Shown: piece after piece, positions 56,274 to 64,000 of the stretch | Position numbering within the stretch: position 1 is the first letter of the stretch | Layout: the number at the start of each line of letters is the position of its first letter | Origin: Naegleria gruberi | Taxonomy: Eukaryota | Length of the DNA: 64,000 bases | Assembly (NCBI GenBank): GCA_000004985.1 | Contig: GG738929.1 | Strand: one strand, 5' to 3' | Position numbers and translations under genes: made by a program | Notes under the pieces: generated by a model | Databases searched by the model: none | Told to the model about the DNA's origin: nothing | The model's input: the letters and a program-made list of their open reading frames with translations, nothing else

Positions 56274-57065
56274 ATTCATAATAATTTGGATATAAATCAA
56301 ATTTATACCAATTTTTTTAATCTCTATTCCTTACTTTGTGAAAAATCCTTTTCTTGACTCCCTGTTCCACTCGCTTCTCTAAAGAATTTGGTATCTTAAA
56401 CAATTTCAATATTTGAAGACTCAAATTCGAAAGGATAAATAGCTATCACCCATCAAGCTCTTAAACAACAACTTGCTGAACCAGCAACAATCAGATTAGC
56501 TTCCTTTGTCTATTTAAAATAAATGAAACCAAGTAGTTACATCAATAATATGAAATTAGTTTTCTTTCTATTAACATTTCATGGTTGTTTGAATTGCTAA
56601 AATGTATCGTAAAAATTTTATGTTTCCAGAATTAATATACCGAAGCGATTTTATTAAGAAAACTAAATTGCTATTACCACAAAGTCTACCAAATATTTCC
56701 TCTATCCAATTAAATATTTAGGCATATTGTTCACCCCACAGTTTCTAAATATTAATATTGAGGGTAACAGTTGTTCATTCAAGTTGAGATTCGAATAAGT
56801 TTTTAAGCTGATACTTCGGAATTGATGTTGCTTCATCTGTCTTAAGGTCTAAGAATGTGGAATATATTTGGATGAGATTAAATTCCTATTAAATTCCTAT
56901 CTGGAGAGCAAACTCAAAAACCAGAATCTTGCAGCTTGTGAATTTCATTACGAATTATGACAATTGGAAAATAGACTATTTCCCCAGCACCAACTAACTT
57001 TGCCGAATAGAGATCGTTCTAAGTATTATCGTGTTGCTCTGTTTCCCTATGTTAAAGAATAAATA

Positions 57066-57611
57066 TTACTGTTGGAAATATTTTTTGATCTTTTTCAGAT
57101 CATTAAAGATTTCTGAAAACTTTGGTCTGCCACTTGGATCTTGAGACCAACATTTTTCCATCAAGCTTACAAACAACTCTACACCATCAAGTATTTGTTT
57201 CTTTTGTTCATCTGAAAGGTTTGTATAATTATTAAAAAGATAAATATCCGCCCATTGTGATAGCTCATTCCTGTTTTCAAAAGGGACAAGTGGTCTTAAA
57301 CCTTCCTTTGCCACCTTGAAAATAATATTTAATCCATTATTACTGTTATTCAATCCAAAATTCCATGATTTTCCATTTGAAAAGAAATGAATTTTTTTTG
57401 AATCCTCATTCAAATATGGGTTTTCCTCAAAGAATAATTCATACATTATTATGGAAAATGAAAAAACATCTATTTTTGTGAGTAAATCTCTATCCTCAAA
57501 GCTGTCTTGAGCTTCTCCTAAAGATACCTCTGGAGCCATGTAAAAAAGAGTGCCCAATGTCATTGTAAATATAGACTGTTTCATTGAATTAGTGGAAACG
57601 ATTTTGGAAAG
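57066..57611 (-). CDS. Receptor-like protein kinase, exon 2: kinase C-lobe (subdomains VIII-XI)
   Basis: GTLFYMAPE, DVFSFSIIMYEL, CWSQDPSGRPKFSEI. TAA stop at 57066-57068. Confidence 0.75.
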   Translation of the reverse strand, partial: LSKIVSTNSMKQSIFTMTLGTLFYMAPEVSLGEAQDSFEDRDLLTKIDVFSFSIIMYELFFEENPYLNEDSKKIHFFSNGKSWNFGLNNSNNGLNIIFKVAKEGLRPLVPFENRNELSQWADIYLFNNYTNLSDEQKKQILDGVELFVSLMEKCWSQDPSGRPKFSEIFNDLKKIKKYFQQ

Positions 57612-57657
57612 CTGTTTAAATTCAAAATATTAGTTCTTCAATACTAAAATAACATAC
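57612..57657 (-). other. Spliceosomal intron (46 nt) inside the kinase domain
   Basis: gtatgttattttagtattgaagaactaatattttgaatttaaacag. GTATGT donor, ACTAAT branch-like element, CAG acceptor. Removing it joins ...KVCDFG to LSKIVSTNSMKQSIFTMTLGTLFYMAPE in frame, restoring kinase subdomains VII-VIII. Confidence 0.7.
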
Positions 57658-60600
57658 ACCAAAATCACAAACTTTTGCCTGTCCTGTCGCATTAATGAGA
57701 ACATTTGCTGGCTTTAAATCTCTGAGTAAATTATCAATTAATAAAACAATTGATACAGTAAAAACTAACCTATGAATTAATTTTGGTTTCAATCCATGTA
57801 AATATTTCATACCTGAGGAAATGTCCAATAATATTTGAGCTTTTTGTGAAAGTGTCAGAAAATCTTTTCCACTTCTACAGTCATTGATAATCTTCTCTAA
57901 ACTTCCTCTTTCGCAATATTCTACAACCATGAATCTCTTTGACTCGGTTATACATACTCCGTAGAAAGTGACAATATATGGATTTCTTAAATTTACAAGC
58001 AATGAAACCTCCCTTTCAAAATCCTCTCCATTAGTTTCATTTTCCTCTGATTTTTGATGGAACGACTTGATAGCTACATTGGTAGTCTCCCAACATTTTG
58101 CTAAAAATATGGAACCATAAGCTCCCTCTCCAATTTTCTTTTCTATTTTCAAGTCATCTGAATTAATGAGAAAGTTCATTGACTTTTTGTTCTTTATGAT
58201 TGAATCTTTTGGATCGTAATTGATTCCATAATTTTTGTGAAATTCAGACTTTAAAAGTCTTTTTTCAATATCCTCTTCAGCTTTTTCAAGCTTTTTTAAT
58301 TTTTTAAGTTTGTCCTTAATTTTCCACAATTTCCTAAAAGCAAAAGTTATTAATAATCCAATTATTATACCAGATATAAGAGCTAACAATACACCAACCA
58401 CCGACGTTGATATGAGAACCTCCATAGGAAATGAAGGAGCACACACACCTTCTTGAAGGGAATATCCATGAGGACATGGTGTAATTATCACAGTAATTGG
58501 TATAGATCTGGAAGTAATTTTCAGTAGTATTGGAAACTTGGATTCACTAGGTTGAGATGGTGCCTCAGAAAATGAAATATTGATACCATTATCTATGATA
58601 CTGTAGTCACATTTTGGTATATAGAGAGATGAATTTGAGATAGGTTCTATATCCTCTCTGAAAATATTTACCAAATTTCCATAATAATCTGCTGATTTCA
58701 AAATTTCAATTTTAGCATATTGACCTAAATGCAAATTAAGTGTGGCTGAATTATTAGTAGCAACCAAGTATTTTCCATCAATTCCAAAGTAGGTAGTTTG
58801 AATAGCATAAATAAATTGTATAGAAGATGCCATGTTATCTCCATAAAAACCAGCAGAATTATTTTTCAAATCTGTACCATCGAAATAACCATTTATAGAA
58901 AACACGCCTCCGCCAGCTATCTTTGCATGATTTCCCTCAATGAAACTCTTGGCATCTACAAGCTTTCTATTATCGTTGCTTGTGAATACAGCTCCTCCCC
59001 AAACAGCATAATTTCCTGTCGCGTTCACATTGTAAAATGTAATTATGCTCCTGAGTGAGATAGCGCCTCCAGATCCCTCACACGAGTAGAATCCTTTACA
59101 GTAGCTTTTATCAATATTAGGGTAATGGTTGATTCCATTGTCTCTAAATACTGAATAGGTAATTTGTGAGTGAGAATAATCATTTGAATTTGGGAAAACA
59201 CTGACCATAGCCACAGCCCCTCCTGATATTGTAGCTACATTCGAGACGAATGTTGAACGATCTATAGATAACATTGTTGAATCAGAAACTGCAACAGCTC
59301 CACCACTTCCATTCACAGCACTGTTACTGTCAAATATAGAATCCGCAACCACAAAGAATTCAGAGTCAACAAATACCGATCCTCCATTATCATTTGATAT
59401 CTGGTTGTCTAAAAATCTGGAATTACCAATTTTTGCACTTGAAGCGTCAATTAAATGTACAACTCCACCAATATTACCTGTTGACTCACATTCATCCATT
59501 ACAAACTCATTAACTCGTTCTACGAAAAGTATCCGTGTTTTAGCAGCATTTCCAATTATTTTGACTCTTGATATTGATACGTCGGATGTGTACTTTAGAG
59601 AAATCCAACCTCTACTTAGATTTAACGCCTGACAGTTATCCAATATTATGTTTAAAATCATTTCTGCATAAATTAAAAATGGTTTTTTACCTATAAGTAG
59701 TTCACCGTTTTCTCTTGAAGAAATGAATTTAGAGCCACTAATGTCTGTTTTCTGTATTGAGCTAAGCTTTAGAATACTGATGGAAGGATTACTATCAATA
59801 AATACTAGATTATTCATTTGTAAATGGTCAACATTTAAAATAGTCCAAATGGTACTAGGAGGATCGTTTCCATTTAAAATCATACTATTTAATATTTTCA
59901 CATTTGTCACTATATTGATAGATCCAGAAAGACCTTTCAGATATGATTGATCTATTATAACTCCGCTAGCATATTTTATATAAAAAAGACATGATATCAA
60001 TGTAGAATTATAGACATGTAGTTTTTGTGAAGTAATTCCCACGTTGGTAAGATGGGAGTTTGTCACAAAATTAAGATCCGCTGTTAATGATTGTAGGGAA
60101 AGCTTGTGAAAATTTGTTAAAGATATTAAGTTTAAATTAAATTCACCATCAGTAGAAAATAGAATAGCATTAATATCAGGGCATTTGTAAGTGAATATTC
60201 GATTTCCAAATGATTTAAACTCCAGTTGAATGGCCACATTGTTGGAAATTACTGCAAAGTTTGACTTGAAAAACAAATCTAATCCGCAATTTTCAACCAA
60301 ATTCTTATCAAAATCATCAAGTATAAATATATTGGCTGTAAAAACCATTTTCAACTTGTTCGTAACTAATTCATTCCAATTTAACAAAATTTCATTTTCA
60401 ATTATTGGTTTCAAAACATATCGAAATGCTAATTTGGGATTATTACACGGAATATCCATCTGTAAACCACATTTGAAGGGTGGATTTAAAAAAGATGAAT
60501 TTAAATATATCGTAGTATTATACTCCTTTTCCGGCTTGTTGTTTGATCCTATTGTTTTTAATTCTCCTCCTCCACCTCCGAATAAAACATCAGTGTTTTC

Positions 60601-60687
60601 CATCGTGTCCACCAATTGTAATTTTAAATAAATCATCAAAATGATGAAAATAAAATTCGATAAATATGAAGAGATACTTTGAGGCAT
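57658..60687 (-). CDS. Receptor-like protein kinase, exon 1: signal peptide, Pmp-type (GGA[IV]/FxxN) parallel beta-helix ectodomain, TM segment, and the kinase N-lobe up to DFG
   Basis: ATG at 60687, hydrophobic N-terminus. At least 7 GGAV/GGAI/GGSV/GGGV tetrapeptides together with FxxN motifs (FLDN, FDSN, FVSN, FRDN), as in chlamydial polymorphic membrane protein repeats. TM segment VVGVLLALISGIIIGLLITFAF. Kinase: IGEGAYGSIF, VAIK, HRDLKPANVLIN, KVCDFG. The exon ends at GGT and is followed by GTATGT. Confidence 0.75.
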
Positions 60688-61488
60688 TTTTTTAAAGATT
60701 TTTATTTTCGTTACATTTTGAAAATTGATTCATTTTTGTATTGATTTAATATTGGAGCTCTTTTCATTGTTCTGTTAAATCATGGAATGCTTGAAAATTA
60801 CCTTGAAATGTTAGAGTGCAATTCAAATTCTTGTTGTTCTCAAACAATTAACTAATATCAACCCAATTTAGAATACTACACCAGCTTGGAATCGTTCTTC
60901 CATCAATGTGCCATCAGGAAGCTCGAATAATTTTCCAGATTTGATCTTGACCACCTGTGAACAATGCATAATCCAATGTGACATGTTGGGTTGAGACTAT
61001 CTAGACGATTTTTCTGTTAATATGAGTTAACCTTCTCTCAACAAATACACAGAATAGTACTGTAGTATGGGTAATAATTTGTGAACATCAATTAGTACAT
61101 CGGAAAATAGTATATCTTTTTGGGTTTTTAGTTTAGCTAATTTATCAACTAAATGAACACACAATGAAGATTGACAAAATTATTAAATTCAGCATTCGCA
61201 TGTATTTAAAACTTTCTATTTAAATTGAATTAAATATTTTAAATATTCAACATTGTGGAACGAGGAGCAAGACAGAAAGTCAAAGATCGACTTTGAACGA
61301 ATCTCTGCTGTTGTTGCTTTGATGCCTCTGGCTTGCTCTTGAAAATTAATAGGTCCTGGGTATGTTGTTCGAGTCAAACTCCACCCAAAATCTATTCACA
61401 ATAATTTTCCCCAACTTAGTATTGAAATTGTAAACTGACAAACCAACCAAAATTTTTGGATTGACAAGATTAAAAAATCTAGAAAAAA

Positions 61489-63732
61489 ATGAACCCCAAG
61501 CCGACTCTATTTCTCGTTTTTCTTCTTTTCGTTAATCTATTGTCTTGCGTATTTGGACAGACCACCACCTACAATATTACTACTATTGCTGGTGGTGGCA
61601 CAGGAGAAGGCGGTCCAGCAAGTACTGCCTTTTTATATACGCCAAACAGTGTGGCATTTGGTCTGAAAGGCGAATTGTACATTGCCGACGATTATAGAAT
61701 TCGTAAAATAGAGAATAATACCATTACAACTATAGTAGGGAGTGCCAGTAAGGGCTTTAGTGGAGATGGTGGGCTCTCCACTCTGGCTAAGGTGCAAAAT
61801 CCAACTGGCATCGTTGTTGGCACTAGAGGTGAGATTCTTTTTGTGGATTCTGATAGAATTAGAAAGATAGAGAATGGTATTATTACAACCATTGCTGGTA
61901 CTGGTGATTCAAGATTTGGTGGAGATGGTGATTTAGCAACGAAGGCACAACTAAATTCTCCTAGAGGTATCGCGATTAGTTCAACAGGTGAAATTTATAT
62001 TGCTGACACTTATAACCATAGAATTCGTAGAATTGCATTGAATGGTACCATTAATACTGTAGCAGGTACTGGTGATTCAAGATTTGGTGGAGATGGTGAT
62101 TTAGCAACGAAGGCGCAACTAAATTATCCTATGGGTATCGCGATTAGTTCAACAGGTGAAATTTATATTGCTGACACTTTTAACGAAAGAATTCGTAGAA
62201 TTGCATTGAATGGTACCATTAATACTATAGCAGGTACTGGTGTCTTAGGACTTAGTGGAGATGGTGATTTAGCAACGAAGGCACAACTAAACACTCCTAG
62301 AGGAATCGCGATTAGTTCAACAGGTGAAATTTATTTTGCTGACACCAGTAACCAAAGAATTCGTAGAATTGCATTGAATGGTATCATTGATACTATAGCA
62401 GGTACTGGTGATCCAAGATTTGGTGGAGATGGTGATTTAGCAACGAAGGCACAACTAAATTCTCCTAGAGGTATCGCGATTAGTTCAACAGGTGAAATTT
62501 ATATTGCTGACACTTATAACCAAAGAATTCGTAGAATTGCATTGAATACTAATATTTCAACCTTTGCCGGTAGTGGGTTTGGATATAGTGGATATGTTGG
62601 AGATGGTGGTTTATCTACTGATGCCCTATTGAATACACCCTTATCTGTAGCTTGTAGTTCAAATGGGGAAATTTATATTGCTGACACTTATAACCATAGA
62701 ATTCGCAAAATTTCACTTAATAATACCATTACAACAATTGCTGGTACTGGAGACAGTGGGTTTAGTGGTGATGGTGGTTTGGCTATCAATGCAAGATTAA
62801 GTTCACCTGCAGATATTGTTGTTAATTCAAATGGTGTAATTTACTTTTCTGATTACGATAATAACAGAATTCGTAAAATAGCATCTAATGGTATTATTAC
62901 AACCGTTGTAGGATCAGGTGTAATTGGAAGTGGGGGCGATGGTGGTTTAGCTATTAATGCCCAACTTAATCGACCTTATGGAATTACATTTAATTCAAAT
63001 GCAGAAATGTACATTGTAGAAAGAATGGGTAGCAGAATTCGTAAAGTTGGTGTAAATGGTATTATAACAACCGTTGCTGGAAGTGATATAGCAAGTGGGG
63101 GAACAACCAGCGTTGGTAGTTTGGCAACTAAAACTGTACTGAATGCACCTTCAAAAATTGTCATTAACTCTAACAATGAGATAATCTTTTCAGACTCGTT
63201 ACACGGTAGAGTTCTTAAAATTGGTTTAGATGGTATTATTAGTGGAGTTGGAAATAGTTTTCGTATGCCCATTGGTATAGCAATAGGTTCAGATGGTGAA
63301 ATGTATATTGCTGATACGAGCATTTTTGCAATACTTAAAATTGACAAGAAAGGAGTGCTTTCAACTATTGTAACTGGATTGGAATCTCCACGTGGCATTA
63401 CATTAGATTCAAAGGGTAATATTTATGTCACAGATTTATATGTTATACATAAAATAACACCAGGTCAACAACCATCTCCCTATAAATCCACTCAACCTGA
63501 TACTTCAATGAAACCAACTCAGCCTGATACTTCAATGAAACCAACTCCTGGAATATCAAGCAAACCAACTCCTGGAATATCAAGCAAACCAACCCCAGGT
63601 CTCTCATTAAAACCAGCCCAGTCAATGAATGTTCCTACACCAAAAAATAGTGAAAGAGTTTCAGAAGCTCTTTCAGTTGTATCTGGTTGGCTTTTTACTT
63701 TTATAATCTTTATTTCAGTTTTCCAATTTTAG
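61489..63732 (+). CDS. Secreted/surface NHL-repeat beta-propeller protein (747 aa): signal peptide, about 13 NHL blades, Thr/Pro-rich stalk, C-terminal hydrophobic (GPI-signal-like) tail
   Basis: N-terminus MNPKPTLFLVFLLFVNLLSCVFG. Recurrent NHL-type units (...IYIADTYNHRIRRI..NG.I.T.AGTG..GFSGDGG.A..A.L..P.GIA....G.). C-terminal KPTQPDTSM x2 and KPTPGISS x2 mini-repeats. Terminal ALSVVSGWLFTFIIFISVFQF. Confidence 0.8.
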   Translation: MNPKPTLFLVFLLFVNLLSCVFGQTTTYNITTIAGGGTGEGGPASTAFLYTPNSVAFGLKGELYIADDYRIRKIENNTITTIVGSASKGFSGDGGLSTLAKVQNPTGIVVGTRGEILFVDSDRIRKIENGIITTIAGTGDSRFGGDGDLATKAQLNSPRGIAISSTGEIYIADTYNHRIRRIALNGTINTVAGTGDSRFGGDGDLATKAQLNYPMGIAISSTGEIYIADTFNERIRRIALNGTINTIAGTGVLGLSGDGDLATKAQLNTPRGIAISSTGEIYFADTSNQRIRRIALNGIIDTIAGTGDPRFGGDGDLATKAQLNSPRGIAISSTGEIYIADTYNQRIRRIALNTNISTFAGSGFGYSGYVGDGGLSTDALLNTPLSVACSSNGEIYIADTYNHRIRKISLNNTITTIAGTGDSGFSGDGGLAINARLSSPADIVVNSNGVIYFSDYDNNRIRKIASNGIITTVVGSGVIGSGGDGGLAINAQLNRPYGITFNSNAEMYIVERMGSRIRKVGVNGIITTVAGSDIASGGTTSVGSLATKTVLNAPSKIVINSNNEIIFSDSLHGRVLKIGLDGIISGVGNSFRMPIGIAIGSDGEMYIADTSIFAILKIDKKGVLSTIVTGLESPRGITLDSKGNIYVTDLYVIHKITPGQQPSPYKSTQPDTSMKPTQPDTSMKPTPGISSKPTPGISSKPTPGLSLKPAQSMNVPTPKNSERVSEALSVVSGWLFTFIIFISVFQF
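61894..62566 (+). repeat. Four tandem, over 90% identical 168-bp (56-codon) intragenic repeats, each encoding one NHL blade
   Basis: The units start at about 61897, 62065, 62233 and 62401 (ggtactggtgat... the period is exactly 168 nt). The flanking blades of the same gene are much more divergent. Confidence 0.8.
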
Positions 63733-64000
63733 AATTAAATAAAACAGTGACGACTATTGGTACATTAAGACCATCCTCTACCATAATTCATTATTTCTTG
63801 ATTCTCTTTTGTTTCAAATGGTAATGAAGTGTTTTGGTTTTTTTTTGGTAATAGTATTCACTAATTCCATTGCATTTTCGTATGATGTTACCACCCCATA
63901 CAGTGTCTCTTCTTATTACTCTCTAAAGATTTGACCCTTTGCTTCACTATCAAAATTTATAGAGGGCTTTGTTACCTCAATATATCCCAAAGCAAGTTTA

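Noticed and set aside
34492-63398. Assorted 60-140-aa ORFs on the opposite strand of large genes (e.g. 34492-34764, 35563-35796, 50741-51055, 51285-51569, 58798-59058, 59405-59950, 61692-61892, 62976-63398)
   Set aside because: They lie antisense within well-supported long CDSs, show low-complexity or hydrophobic junk composition, and have no domain motifs. These are typical shadow ORFs in AT-rich DNA.
1-64000. Prokaryotic reading: operons, a defence island, CRISPR-like spacing in the 72-bp array at 54530-55610
   Set aside because: The window has spliceosomal introns, eukaryotic tRNA and 5S genes, HMG boxes, eukaryotic kinases, and long AT-rich intergenic regions with divergent promoters. 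The 72-bp array has no unique spacers; it is an in-frame coding LRR repeat. No restriction, toxin or Cas-like genes are present.

Overview
This window is eukaryotic nuclear DNA, not prokaryotic, and I found no operon-like, defence-island or CRISPR-type system in it. The evidence for a eukaryotic origin: long intron-poor ORFs, two short spliceosomal introns with GTATGT 5' splice sites, eukaryote-type tRNA and 5S rRNA genes, protein kinases, HMG boxes and C2, F-box and LRR domains, in roughly 65% AT sequence. The most likely source is a heterolobosean amoeba such as Naegleria. I base that on recalling the 339-aa KxDG RNA ligase at 44010-45029 as matching Naegleria gruberi NgrRnl (Rnl5 family); this needs BLAST confirmation. 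About 44% of the window is assembly gap (N-runs at 837-28929, 31142-31725 and 43902-43951). The very long 'ORFs' reported across those runs are artefacts. Several 'M' starts in the supplied ORF track are TTG rather than ATG. Interpretable content, in order: (1) tRNA-Asn(GUU). (2) The truncated 3' end of a basic-protein gene running into the big gap. (3) Three hypothetical genes, one of them an F-box protein. (4) A 1164-aa protein with an unusual architecture: N-terminal zinc finger, dynamin-like GTPase, hydrophobic hairpin and C-terminal protein kinase. (5) A roughly 3 kb ORF-poor stretch followed by a frameshifted DIRS-like tyrosine-recombinase retroelement remnant (RNase H plus YR), with nested inverted repeats just 3' of it. 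(6) The Rnl5-type RNA ligase. (7) A C2-domain gene with a 37-nt intron. (8) A Q/N-rich gene with two HMG boxes, split by a frame change. (9) A FATP-type acyl-CoA synthetase. (10) A 2-TM membrane protein. (11) A Pol III cluster: tRNA-Glu(UUC) plus two identical 5S rRNA genes in inverted orientation, bracketing an F-box/RNI-type LRR gene built from a 72-bp tandem array with two -1 frameshifts. (12) A receptor-like kinase with a chlamydial-Pmp-type (GGA[IV]/FxxN) beta-helix ectodomain and a 46-nt intron in the kinase domain. (13) A divergently transcribed surface protein with about 13 NHL repeats, four of them near-identical 168-bp units. The most novel items are the dynamin-like GTPase-kinase fusion, the Pmp-repeat receptor kinase, the inverted 5S pair around a repeat-built LRR gene, and the retroelement with its inverted-repeat module. 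Coordinates of features I called myself (RNA genes, introns, repeats) may be off by 1 nt.
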